64,000 bases of DNA, taken from contig NMRA01000332.1 of the NCBI GenBank assembly GCA_002633005.1, positions 135,121 through 199,120 of the forward strand, read 5' to 3'. The stretch's first letter is position 1. Each line of letters opens with the position of its first letter. Source of the stretch: Phoronis australis. Taxonomy: Eukaryota; Animalia; Phoronida. The translations under genes and the position numbers were made by a program. Of this stretch, positions 1 to 12,573 are shown one piece after another. A model generated the notes under the pieces. It was not told the DNA's origin and did no database searches. It was given only the letters and a program-made list of their open reading frames with translations.

Positions 1-1919
1 ACATCAAATTTTGATGATTTATTGGAGTAAAACAATGAATTCAAACGATAAACTGACACCAGTAAGCGCGTTTTGGATTGCTGAACAGACTGCGTTCGAA
101 CCTCTACCGTCATTGGTTAATTTCAACACCTCCGTCTGCCGTCAGGTAAAAAAGCTGTACTTGCTGTTATCGAGTGGAACTATTCGATATAAACTGATGC
201 AAACTAGGTTGTTTTTGGGTGGCATTCTCCTTTAAGAACGCCGCGGCTGTGTGACTGGAGCTGAGTGTCTGTTTAACAGCCTGCAAACCGGGATAAATAA
301 TCGACAGAGAACCTTAACTTAAATAAAAACCAAAATATATGGACAATTTGTAGGGAAATTATTTACAAAATAAAGGGAAATAAATTTTGACTGAAATTAT
401 TTTACCGAACTCTGACCTGCGGACCGAGACCAGCACTGGCGAAAGGCGAAGGCATGCGTTCGCCGGCTGTTTTATCGGAATAAGTGGTTCAAATCATCAA
501 ATTGATGAATGCCTTATACATACAAAGAAACTTTCAGACGGATTGGTCACAGTCCTGTGCCAAGGATTGAATAACAAGGCCGACTATAGAGAATGGGCTA
601 ATGTTTAAGTGGGTGTAATTTACTCCGTTAAACAGTATAAACATAACACAGAACATGCAATATCAAAATAATTGAATAAAACTGTTATACCGTTGGAATA
701 TTCTGACGATTGAAGTTGCAAAAATATCGAAACTACATTTAGATTGGGAAACTACATGTATACCGGTGGTCACCCGCGACTTCCGTTACAGCCAGGCGGC
801 TAACGGCCAACAAAGAACGATGGAATATCATTTGCTGTGGAAATGACTCCAGAAAGAAAACTTGTCAAAGTGCCAAATGGTTATATATAAGTATCAATGC
901 AGATCAAGTAAAAGGAATAATTCCCGGTCAGCCAGAAGCATTCATATAAGTTACTACTCGGCGGGGCCCGACCACCTGGCTTGCGCTGGCATGCATCTGT
1001 GCTCCGCGGCATACGATGAACACATTAATTAGCTGCCCGAGTCGTGAATGGGTGAAATTCGTGTGACAGAGATTAAAAAGTATTGAGTCATGATCGCAAC
1101 ACTGCAATATTTTCCCATTGCCGACATTCAGCTCATACATGTAAGACTACAGTTCACTACACCCCCGTTTGCGTTTTCAATTGCGTAATTTTTATATTTG
1201 GACAACAGAGGTACTGTATATATTGTACGTTTTTGTCACGTTTTGAAATATATTTTCCCTAATAATTGAAAGGCAAAGTCGGTTTAAGAACTGATTATAC
1301 GGCAGCTGCAGGGGAATTACTTAGCCGGTTAATTGTCGTGTCCGGGCAGCAAAATCAAGTACAGGTGTGCATTATGGCAATTCAGGTGCTTTGAGTTATT
1401 TTTTTTTGCTGAAATATAGACTTGTGTGGTTGTTTCTTTTCTATTTTACATTTTTAATGGCCAGTATGCCGGTGCCGATTTGCTGCCAAGTACGCAGAAA
1501 TGCTCTGACACGTCCGGGTACTCACGCGGCAATTACTCATTACAGGCTGGTACTTTGCGTCGTTTCACAATGTGGCGATAAAGATAACACATTTGTTGAT
1601 CTAGAAAGTTTTTTCCTCTAATTTATTACCTTAACGGGTACTGTTGCTGAAAATTGACGTACCCTCGCGATGAGTCAGGTCTGATCTCAGTAGCCGAGTG
1701 AACTTGGCTGCGCGAGATGCGACATATTTCACAAACTCATGATTATGCAATAATTATCATTCGTCATGTGCAAAGAACAAATATAATTTGAATGATATAT
1801 AACCAAATTTGTATAAAAAGAACCAAAATGAGAATCAAAAACAACTAAACAAAATAACAACGTCTTTACGCTCACTGTGATATCAGTACGTAATCAAGGT
1901 CAACGTGACCGTTATTCAG

Positions 1920-2320
1920 GGCCCGGTCTCCAACCTTTTTACTCGAAATGGAACTCGAAATTAGGTTTGGCATTTTCTACTCTACTTTTGGGCGAACTCA
2001 AGATAAGTGTATATTATTCTATGCTCGAGTACACAATAACTTACGTAGATAATATATTGCCCTTAGTTCACAGTTTGTAAATCCAATATTAAAGCAATAA
2101 GTTCGAGTTTGAACTCGAAATTTCGAGTTTTTACTCGAGTTTGCAGCACGAATATAAGGGTCTTCAAGGGCTAACTTGAACTAGAAACTCCTATGCATAA
2201 ACTATAATGTATTTGAGCACAGCCTGATAACCCATTATCTTAAGTTCGCACAAAAGGAGCAGAGAAATTGCCAAAAATAGTTTCGAGTTCCTTTCGAGTA
2301 CAAAGATTAGAGACCGGGCC
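1920..2320. mobile_element. Foldback MITE, PIF/Harbinger-like
   Basis: Termini GGCCCGGTCTC...GAGACCGGGCC, with arms complementary for more than 100 bp (actcgaaatggaactcgaaa / tttcgagttcctttcgagt). CAG flanks both sides (1917-1919, 2321-2323) as a 3-bp TSD. The superfamily is inferred from the CWG TSD. Confidence 0.75.
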
Positions 2321-4638
2321 CAGGAATCGTCCCTTAACTTACATGTAAGCATAGGAACTCAGGTCACGGAAACAGACAGGAAAAGTCGATAATTTTCTGA
2401 TCTCGGCCGAGGTACAAACCTGTGCTCAAAAAGGCTTTTAATTTGATAAAAAGGAGATAAATATCATGTTTAGTATTATATTTTTAGGTTTTTGAACTAG
2501 AGTGCCCTTTGAGATAGGAACTTTAATGGGTTAAAATTTAGCTGTTCAAGAGTTCCTAAAAAGGGTTGAGTTTATGGAATTAAAACCAACAAAAGGGTAG
2601 TGTTGCTGAAGCTAAACCCAACAAAATGTAGATATTTGTTAAGGTCGCTTGTTTCGTGTCTATTCCTGATGATTATCCTAATTTTCCAGTTGCACTCCCC
2701 GGTTATTGTAACATCACGTCATACCATCTTTCCAGCGAGAAAGCGGATCGCCGTGTTGTCTGACATCCCCCGCATACACACTTACCATACAGCAGTATTA
2801 GCCGCGGACTACGCGGAGGTCGCCTTGTTAAAGTTAATGTTCGAGTTTTCTGACATGCCGCTAAATTATGTTGACGAAATAGTTCATAAGTAACAGTTTC
2901 TGGGCGTACTTAGGTGTATGCCTAGGCGCACGCCTATGAACCTGGCTCTGCTTCTGATTGGCTCATCTCCCAAAATTATTAGCTCAGTTATGAGCGTATA
3001 ATTTCGTCTTCTTGGCTGATCTACATACATTTGTTTCTCATTGGTTGCTCACCCAAATTTGCGGATGGACTAACTACTTGCCACTATTTACTATTTTGCG
3101 CAAGCAGAAGGCAATTCATATGTCAGAACAGAGCCAATTTATTTTCTTTTTGTTTGAGGACACGTTCGGAATTGAACTGGAGCATTTGTACGCACTTAGC
3201 TTCGAGCGCATTTTTTAATAACCGCGCAAGACTACAAGCGTAGCTGTAAACGTGATTTGGTTTGAACAACCAACTAGATGCGCGTAAGTTTACGCCATCA
3301 ACCGACCATCAGAAGCAAAAACTACGAGCGTAGAATATCCTGTGCCAATAACTAACCTGAAAGCAGTTGCAAAATTTTGTCACTAACATTTGTGCATGCA
3401 CAATAATAAAAAATTAAGGTTTAAATGGCCACTTATCTAAAGGGTACATGTATTTCACATATATTACGCATTTGCAGCGACCTTCGACGTTCAGCTTTAA
3501 AACCGCTGAAAACATGAATTTTCTTCACAGGTCTATTTGCTCTTCAAAACCAACGTCATGACGTTCTCATCTTTTATTTGAGTTGAAAGTGGTTATTACA
3601 AAATCGCTTGGAATCCCGGTGTTAACCACTATTGCTTCGGAGTTTGAAACTATCCTGTCTGACGAGCAAGTTGTACAAATCTGGTCTGAAGCAACTTTGA
3701 GTTCATGTTAAGGATAGACGTCTCATTCCTAATCTGAGTCATGAGCAAAGTGATCTAATTTTTAAGGCACCAATAGACGAAATCAGAAGTCAGTTTTTGG
3801 GAAAAGGCGAGCGGGTTTGTTGTCCTTTATTGGGAATGACAACGCACGTCGTGCTGCACTAAAAACGTGACGTCATTAATTACAATTTACTAAGATCTGT
3901 AGACAGTGCTTCTGCAAATATGAGCTAAGATTTCCTCATTGTCGAATGACCGAACTAGTATAAGTATAAATATGAACTGCTGTTTAAATCGAGATGTTAA
4001 CAACTTTGCGGAATCGAAAGCATCTCAATTCACACTTTTCGCTAAATAATTTTCCAGTCTGTGATCATGCTTTTAAGTCTCCAACCTCGAGATTGATCGT
4101 AAACAGCGATAACTTTTAAAATGACGTTTAACACATAGAAGGCACTGTACAGTTCTCAATAAGTTTTGTCTGGCAGTAAATCCTTCATTTGACTTGCCGC
4201 GTGTCTTCCACTCTGTAGAAAACTCTATGAACAAATTTGACTTCTTGAGCTCAAAAACCATTACTTGATTCTGAAATGAAAATTACTTCAAAATCCACAA
4301 ACTGGCTCAAAAGTACTAGTACTCAATCTTTTTTGCAACACTGTGTTGTTTTGAGAGGTACCTGTAATCACAGCTGATTCCTCAGTCGCTAAGTAGCAAC
4401 GCGAAGATGCTACAAGGAGGCGCCATTTTGAAGGATAGTGTATCTACAGCAGAACTAGTGGACGTTTCTCAATCACACCAGGTTTACAAATACAAGCAAA
4501 CCAGATTCACTGAACGTACTTGCAATGCTGCCAAACCTGGTCTACCGCAAGAAATTAATTAATGAGCAATGTAAAGTGGCCAGAGTTTTTGGTGGAGGTG
4601 ATTCTTGGATTTGTGAAGACGTGACAATGGGTACTCGA

Positions 4639-4902
4639 GTCGTGTCAAGACAGTAATTGGGTCGTGTAATAAGGAACTGCCAGTCGTGTCAAGACAGTAA
4701 TTGGGTCAAGTAATAAGGAACTGCCAGTCGTGTCAAGACAGAAATTGGGTCAAGTAATAAAGAATTGTAAGTCGTGTCAAGACAGTAATTGGGTTAAGTA
4801 ATAAGGAACTGCCAGTCGTGTCAAACAGTAATTGGGTCAAGTAATAAGGAACTGCCAGTCGTGTCAAGACAGTAATTGGGTCAAGTAATTAGGAACTACC
4901 AG
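4639..4902 (+). repeat. 44-bp minisatellite, 6 copies
   Basis: Unit gtcgtgtcaagacagtaattgggtcaagtaataaggaactgcca starts at 4639, 4683, 4727, 4771, 4815 and 4858; head-to-tail, no spacers. Confidence 0.95.
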
Positions 4903-5419
4903 TTTTGTGTAAGCCAAGAAATCACTTGTTATCTGAGTATCAACATTTGAGATCAATTTTATGGCAAGTAAGAAGTTACCAAAAATATTTTGGATAGAGG
5001 AAGTTTTTATAGGAGACTTGTCTCTTTAAAGATCTACTAAGCGCTCATTACGTGAAGTCGAAATCGCAAATTTCGGCCAACTGGAATAATTCGAGCTGGC
5101 GGCCGCGAATCGTTCCGATGAAGCAATCAACGAACTCCTATCCGTTCGTGGTTGTATCACGTGGAAGTAAGAATTCTAAATTGTTGTATCCAAGACAAAC
5201 AAAAGGGTTTCGCCTCAAAACGAAAACAATGGTTTTCAAAGATGGCGCGCGCTGTACGGGGCTTAAAAGGGGAAATCTGAAACATGTGCTTCGCTTGTAA
5301 TGTATATTACGAAGACGTGCATGGTTTTCAAAGGCCTTACGATAGTTGTAGAGGTAGTAGAAGAAGAACTACTTTTTTATCAAACACGCCTCTTTGTCTA
5401 CAAAATCACAAACACATAC

Positions 5420-5585
5420 TCACCCACACCCACACCCACCCACCCACACAAACACAAGTACACGCACCCACACACGCACGTAAACATGCACACACACAAA
5501 CAGGCACGTAAACATGCACGCGCACACACACACACACACACACACGCACACACACACACACACACACATGCATGCATGCATGCAT
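5420..5585 (+). repeat. (CA)n-type microsatellite followed by (TGCA)n
   Basis: Read directly from the sequence. Confidence 0.95.
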
Positions 5586-6267
5586 TTACATATGCTGATG
5601 AGAGGTTTTCAAACAAATGAAGGTGACTCTACAAGTTGACCACATATAAGCAATGAAGAGGAAAAACCTTATCTAATATTGCCTAATCTAAGCTAATTTT
5701 GCCAAATCTAATCTAATCTAAACTAATGAATCCGATGTAATAAAACAAACGAGGAAGTAAGATAGAATGCAACGGAGATAAAAGGCAATGATTATGTAAT
5801 TAAATCTATTTATACATCTAGCAGCCACAAAACGAAACAAAAGAAGGCATCTTACAAACAAAAGATATTCTATGAAATAAATGACGCAAGCTACTTAAAA
5901 ATCAAAACAAGTCAGTCAATCAACTGCTGTAGATAAGATTCAATAACCTATTTTTGGAACATTTTGCGAAAACATGAATACTATGAGTGTTAATTTTAAT
6001 AGCCTGTTAATTTAAAGAAGGTACTTGTTGTAATTGATCTATTTACAGAACGATTAGTTTAAAAAAGACGAATTTAAATGTGAAAATTAAAAACAGTTCT
6101 TCTATTCCTATAATACTGATTAGGTTTGATTAACCTACTGTCAAAAATAAGCAAGTAAGTTTAAACTTGTAATAGACTTTTAAGCAATTCATCTGGAACA
6201 AGCTATAAAGAAAGGTATTTAATTTGTTACACTGGAAAATGAAGTGTATGACCGAAAAGAAAACATG

Positions 6268-7152
6268 TTTAATAAATATAGATTGTTACATGGCGAAGTC
6301 CTTAACCCACGTTATCTAGAGCTCGAGTGGATTTTGGAGAATTATCGCCCGATGGGCGTTAGCCCCGTGGGTGATAATTCTACAAAATTCACGAAGGCTC
6401 AAGATAAGGGGGATAACGACTGAGAACATGTAATAATCTATTTATACCACATGCTGAACGAGAAACATTGCAATGAATCGATCTACCTTTCTAGACTCGA
6501 CTCGGCTTTTTAACTACTTTCTATGTCAGAGGCCGGGGTCAGAGATCGTGACCTTTTAAAAAACACCGAGTTCTTCTTGTTAAAGTAATGTTTTTACTTA
6601 AAACCAATTGAAAATTTGAACAAAATAGAAATAATAGTGAAATTATAAAATAAGCTTTAAGCAGCTAATCTAGCTTACTACACATGTTATCATGCTAAGC
6701 TTCGACCGAAAGAAATCGTCTACTAAAGTAGGTTTCCACTGATTACTGAGTATAATGTTCAAGTCAAAGGATCCCAACAAAACGTTACCCGCATTTCAAC
6801 TGGAGATCAATAACTTACAAGTGAGAGAAATTCGACGGATAAATTTTACTGAATTAAAGACGTCGTTTTTGTTGAAACTGTGCGCTTTATTTTTCATAGA
6901 CTATAAATGTTGGTACAATGGCGTATGTTGAACATGCAATTATTGCGCGTCCTCATTTAAGTATTCTATTTTCAAGTTCGATGACGTCAGCTGCTGAGTG
7001 GCGCAGTGGTTAGTCGAGGACTCGACGCTATTTGAAGCGGGTTCGAAACCGGCCTCGGTTTCCCGCCAAAATGTTGTTCAACACACTTTGAATAACTAAA
7101 TGGGTTATTTAACAGTTGCATAGGCCATGGAAGGCTGATAGTGTGGTATAAA
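6268..7152 (+). mobile_element. Non-autonomous palindromic interspersed element (copy 1)
   Basis: Nested inverted repeats (tagattgttacatg...catgtaataatcta; gaattatcgccc...gggtgataattc; tttataccaca ~6440 / tgtggtataaa ~7142). The first ~440 bp recur, inverted, at 42922-43290. Confidence 0.7.
6993..7059 (+). pseudogene. tRNA-like sequence / Pol III A-box + B-box (not a canonical tRNA)
   Basis: A-box TGGCGCAGTGG, B-box GGTTCGAAACC, acceptor-like pairing GCTGAG/CTCGGT. The anticodon arm is replaced by GTCGAG-GA-CTCGAC, with no 7-nt loop. Confidence 0.55.
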
Positions 7153-9264
7153 TATAGGTTATCCCACATACATATACGGCGATATCCTATCGAGAATTCA
7201 CTTCATCTGGGAATGTGAAAATATGCATGTTATATAAGCCACGTTATAAACTGTGAAATACGGGAATGTATAGCCAATCCGTATATCACAGAAGAAGCCG
7301 TATTTCACGATTGGTGAGCAGTCTCCTTGTCGAGTAACTTGGCGTGTGCAATGCAAATTTGATTGGGCTCGTTCGTTTGGGTTGCCAAAATCATAGATCC
7401 TGACGTCGTCACTGAAAAACCGGTTTTACTGCTCAAAAAAATTCTGATTTTCACGCACGGTGATCAGTCGGCAGTTTTTGAACCTCGCGGAAGTTTCGAT
7501 CTGGATAATCATAAATAGTTCAAGCTAAGTAGCGTTCCCAGTCAGCAAAATCAGCCACAAATTTAACTCAAATCCATCGAAAATGTTTCGTTGTGGATGC
7601 ATACAGTATAAGTTCACTATGTAAGAGCTAAGGCCTTTACAGGAAATCGCGACATAATATAAAGTATTTTTTACTGAGACGATCGTCTGCCCGCAGCGTT
7701 TCACTCTCCGTCGCTGCTGGTCGACTAGTAGTGTAAAATCTGCTTTTTGCGATACTGTCCTTACCTCAAATTCTGCAAATCAGCACAGTTTTCACTGTTA
7801 TTTTCCAATACCGTGATCAACACCGGGAAATGTTTCTATTACTATATATATATGCGCTAACTGCGACTGTGATACCGAAGCTCGTTTACATTGAAACAAC
7901 ACGTGTAGGTGAGAGAAAAGGTCATATATATTATGACAAACTAAACTACTACTGATATCGATAAATACCAACGTTATATAATATGTTGAGCTGTAAAGGT
8001 GGGTGACAATCTGCCGGACATGTATAATTAAATGTCGAACTAGGAAGAGAAGTAACAAATCCGGAAGCAAAACTGCAACACCGGGACAGCGACGTGGGAA
8101 AATAAAGTGTAAACAGGGAAGGAAAGAAAATTGGTTTGAGGGAGGGAGGGAAATAGAAATTGACTGAAAACTCGAAACTTGCAGCGAATTATGGACGATG
8201 GCCCAGTGTTGCGACAAGACAAAGAGATCACTTGGTACAATTAAACCAATAATCGTAGAACAAAGAGGGTCACTGACCCGAGAATTCAAACAATATGATA
8301 ATGAGGACGAAGCAGTGTAGCTTACATAAAATAATTTAATACTTAAATAATATTTATATGCGCTAAATCCGAAGCGATACCGAAGCTAGCTTGCAATGAA
8401 AAAAACACGACGTTTAGGTGAGATAAAAGGTCATATATATTATGACAAATTAAACTACTACAGATATCGATAAATACAAACTTTATATAATATGTTGAGC
8501 TATAAAGGTGGATGACAATCTACCGCAGATGCAACAGAAGGATGCATCCGCCCACCCAAGGGAGAGCGAACGAGGATGACAAAAGTAGTATGAGTAAAAG
8601 AGGCTAAAGTTAGTGACAAAAAGAAGAAAAATACTGACATGGAGTGGAACAACTGGGTAGCATGACAAGAGAAGCAAAAAAGTATACAATGTGTCGGAAT
8701 CATAGTAACTGAAACCTTAGAGGAATATAAACCACTATGAATACACAATAAGAAATGAATAGACATAGGGTAACATACGCACCCGACAAAAAGCATGCTG
8801 TCTACGCAGGTATATGTAGACAGAAATAGTAACAGGTATACACAAACATTATACAAATAGGTAAGAGCAAACAGAGGCACTGGCAAATGTAAATCTACAA
8901 AACGTATGGTAAAAAATAAGCTAAGTAGAGAATAACCGGTGAAAGGGCATGAGGTAAACCAACAAAGACGGACAGGAGCGAGTGCCCGGGAGGGAGAACC
9001 CCAAAAGGTTATTGGAAAAGGCGAGACAATGAAAATGAAGTGAGCGAAGCAGGATACTTGCAATACTGGCGCCCTAGGGTGAAAAATGCGGGTGAGTGAA
9101 AAAGACACTGGCAATAGAAGTGCCCATGAACGGGACACTGGCAATACAGTTGCCCCTTCGATGAAAGGGGATTGGTGAGTGAGACAATACAGTTGCCCCG
9201 TTGGGGAGAAATGGCTAAAGGAGGGTAAGCACTGGCAATACAGCTGCCCCCGGGTGATAAATGA

Positions 9265-10130
9265 TTATGGTAATGAGGGAGTTGGAACGTTAGTAGCAGG
9301 GAAGTTTAAGGATGAGAGACGAATGTAGTTCTTGAGCGCGTCAGACTTCCAGCGACATATACGCTGAATGGTGGAGTCAATACGGAAACTATGAGATTTA
9401 TAGCGTTTAGGATCGAGACCGACGCACCCGAGTACCAAGTTTAGGTGGCGAGGGAAGTAAGAGCGAGTTATGGAAAAACCATTGGGGAACTGAAAGAGAA
9501 GTCCGGAAGAGTTATTGGAGAGATTGGGGTAGTGCTGAAGGGTTGCAACAGGCAATGAGGGCCGATAGAACGAGGAATAACGAGAATGGTAGGAGTGTGG
9601 TCATGATGGTGGTAGTGGGGGATAGTGAGAGACATGGACCTAGAGGTGACTGAGAGGTCGGAAACCTGGAGGACGGAGATGGGGGGTGAGGCAGAGGTGG
9701 CGACAGTAAATTCACTAACACGAAGAGGTGGAAAGCATAGCAGCGCAGAGGGATGCGTGGAAGTGAGAGCAGAGAGCAGAGGGTAAGGCATTCAGAAGGC
9801 GGTGAAGAATGGGTGTTGTTATCGGGAGCCGGGTGTCCACAGATGGGCGCGAATTGGACACGCTCTTCAGAATTTTCTTGACCAGAAAGGAGGAAGTAGG
9901 GTAAGGCAAGGAGTCCAGTTTATGAAGGAAACCTATGGCTGATACATAGGTAGAGATGGTGGATTCAGTTAAGCCAGACGAGAAAAGGTGTGCTATGTAA
10001 GAAGCTAAAGTAGAAGAGAATATAGGAAACACAGGCAAGGGGCTGAGGACGAATGGTAATGGAGGAAATGGGAAAAGACACGGCGGTAAGTTTGAACGGT
10101 GGATGGGGCAGGGGACGCCCGGAGGAGCGA
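9265..10130 (-). pseudogene. Tyrosine recombinase of the YR retrotransposon (frameshifted)
   Basis: YIAHL..STISTYVSAIGFLHKL, RLPIT, LRVSEF (catalytic R), SHSFRI (HxxR) and RWKSDALKNYIR (W/Y motif). Confidence 0.88.
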
Positions 10131-10204
10131 AGTCAGAACGTAAGGAGGTGCTGTGGAACGGCAATCGGTGTTGGAGAGAGCCATGGAGCCATGGAAAAGG
10201 CATC

Positions 10205-10724
10205 CTAGAAAAGAAACCGAGACAGTTTATCGGCAATGAAATTAGTTTTTCCAGGAATGTGTTTGGCTTTAAAATGGATATTATGGTGGAGGGTAGAGAG
10301 GACGAGGCGTCTGACAAGGCGCATAATGTCAGGGTCCTTAGAGGAAGTTTTATTGATGATATCCACCACGGAAGGTTTGTCGCACATGAAAAGAATGCGA
10401 TGATTAGCAAGTTTCTAAGGCAAGAACGATGGGGAAAAGCTCCTTGAAAGTGATGTGAAAATGAGAGATGGACGAGGGCCAAGGGCCAGAAAACCAGTTA
10501 GACCCGCAAACCGCGGCGAATCCCCCGTGGATCGAGGCCGAGTCAGTATACAGTTTGAGTGATTGGGATGAGGTCCAATGCTCGGAAAGAAATGGATTTG
10601 GCGCGAATGTCAGCACCGGATTCCTTAGTGAGAGGGACGTGATGATAAGGCTAAAATATGCCAAGCGTGAGATCGATGAGGCGACGGAGGAAGCGTCGTC
10701 CAGGAATGATGACAAGGCAAGCAA
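10205..10724 (-). pseudogene. DIRS-type RNase H (frameshifted)
   Basis: LKLYTDSAS..GGFAAV..WFSGPW..HITFKELFPIVLALE; CDKPSVVDIINK..HIPGKTNFIADKLSR. Confidence 0.88.
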
Positions 10725-10729
10725 AATTT

Positions 10730-11600
10730 AGGGAACCAATAAGAGACTGGATGTCACGTATGTTGGAAGGACTGGAGTAGATGTAGGGCCTTAGTGAGTT
10801 TTTCCTGGGGAGGGGAAGCCGTCATAGATTTGGAGTCGAGATGAATGCTGTAGATAGCGATTGAGGTTGTTGGAAGGACAGTAATTTGGTGATTGATGGG
10901 AACGCCAATTTCCTCACAGAAGGTGAGAAGAGTGTGGTTATATGAAGAACATAAGGGGGAATTGGGGGGGCCACGAAAAAGAAGTCGTCAAGCAGACGTG
11001 ACACACCTGGGACATTGAGTTTTTTTGAAGAATCCATTGGAAGGATGAGCTGATGAGTTCGAATATGTTGCTTGAGGAAGAAAGACCAAGGGGAGACATC
11101 GGTCGAAATAATTTTGACCGGCCCAAACAGGAAATGATAGTCAGAAGGGTATGGAAAAAGACGGAAGGTGTATTGTATGTCCGTTTTAGCCATGAGAGAA
11201 TTGTGGCCGCAGCGGCGGACCAGAAACATGGCGTTTTCAATGGTTTGGTAATGAACCTGGGAGAAGGATAAGGGAATATGTGAATTAATGGAATCGGAAT
11301 CCCTCGATGGGTATGAAAGGTTATGGATAAGGCGAAATTTCCTAGAGTCCTTCTTAGGTATGTGCCCAAGAGGGAAAGTGATGAAATTGTCGAATGGAGG
11401 GTACTGGTGGGATCCGGAGTAGCGGCCACAGTCAACCTCGTGCTGAATTTTGTGTTCGGTCACAGCAGAGTTGAGGTTATGGGGAGGCGGGGAGGAAAAC
11501 AGCGAGGAAACACCGATACGAAAACCGTAAGTGAAACCATGAATGATGCGAACGGTGGGGGCAGATGGGTAACCAATGAGATATGGTTCAAGTTTGTTTA
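10730..11600 (-). pseudogene. Reverse transcriptase of the YR retrotransposon (frameshifted)
   Basis: GFTYGFRIG, PLGHIPKKDSRKFRLIHNLSYP, MAKTDIQYTFRLFP, LGLSSSSNIFE (another frame) and LLDDFFF (YxDD-equivalent). Confidence 0.88.
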
Positions 11601-12573
11601 TTGTTTTTAGGGGTGTTGGAAGGACGGGTGGCGGTAGAGGTGGTTCGTGTAGTGGGTTTGAGATGGGAGGAGATAGGGTACGCAGAGGAGGGATGGAAAC
11701 CATTGCAAGCGGTACAGCGCTGAAAGTAGCAACAGTGCTGATGAGGGCAAAATGTGGAGTTGAACTGCCGGTAGAAACCACCGGGTTGGGAGGCGGGTGA
11801 ACGTGGTTGGAGAAATTTGGAACGAAAGGACTGAGTGCGTGGGTAGTTATTACGGAAGGAATTCGGATAGTTAGAGTGAGATGAAATTTTGTGAGATTGG
11901 AGGATAACTTGATTCCAGAGTTCCTTATTGGTGGTTTTCCAAGGAACAGGGGTAGTAGAGCGAAGTTGACGAAATTGTTGATCATAGAACATGGCGGGTG
12001 CAAAACCCGAAAGTATGATTGATGGAGAGGATGGTGTGACAAAACTTTGCGAGATGAGGTACTTGATGTGGGTGGTGGGTGGTGTAGATGGCTAAATATT
12101 TGAGGAATGCTTGGTTCCACTGGAACAGGTTGTTGATGGAGCAAGATTTGGGGATATTGGAAAAACTGGTTGATGGTTAGCAATAGAGAGATGAAACTGC
12201 GGAGAGGAAACAGGGTTAAGAAAGTGACTAAATTCACCATACTGGTCTATCCATATGAGGTTTTTGGTATTGGTGTCCATGTTGAAGCCCAAAGCCAGAG
12301 AGGCATGTACAGAGGCGTCATGGTTACCTGCGACAGGTGGCATATGGTGCTCCAAGGATTGGAGTGTGCCCGTAGCCGATGAAGATGTAGTCGGTGAGGT
12401 AGAGGCGAGGACGGTGTGCATAAGTGTAGGCTGGTGAACAACTGAAGGAGGCGCCATAATATTGATTGTTGGCTGGGTTGAGGCCTCCGAAGGCAGAGGT
12501 GGATCGTTGGCGAGTAAATCCCGTAGGGCATCGCGAAGGGTTGAATTGTCCCATAGTTACATGAGGAGGTCAT
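11588..12573 (-). pseudogene. ORF1/gag-like of the YR retrotransposon (frameshifted)
   Basis: Fragments KNLIWIDQYGEFSHFL and FYDQQFRQLRSTTPVPWKTTNKELW, plus the Cys/His knuckle FCPHQHCCYFQRCTACNGFHP; spread over several frames. Confidence 0.7.

Noticed and set aside
1367-1621. Hydrophobic ORF as the receptor signal-peptide exon
   Set aside because: It has a non-ATG start, T-rich intron-like composition, and only a weak phase-0 donor, whereas exon 16044 needs phase 2.
4639-4902. CRISPR-like regular repeat
   Set aside because: The units are contiguous with no unique spacers, there are no cas genes, and the context is eukaryotic. It is a minisatellite.
5284-5620. His/Thr-rich and Cys/Val-rich ORFs
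   Set aside because: These are translations of the (CA)n microsatellite.
8500-9144. 214-aa hydrophobic minus-strand ORF after YR (possible accessory ORF)
   Set aside because: It reflects T/C-rich low-complexity composition; no recognisable motif (such as an SGNH hydrolase) and no ATG start.
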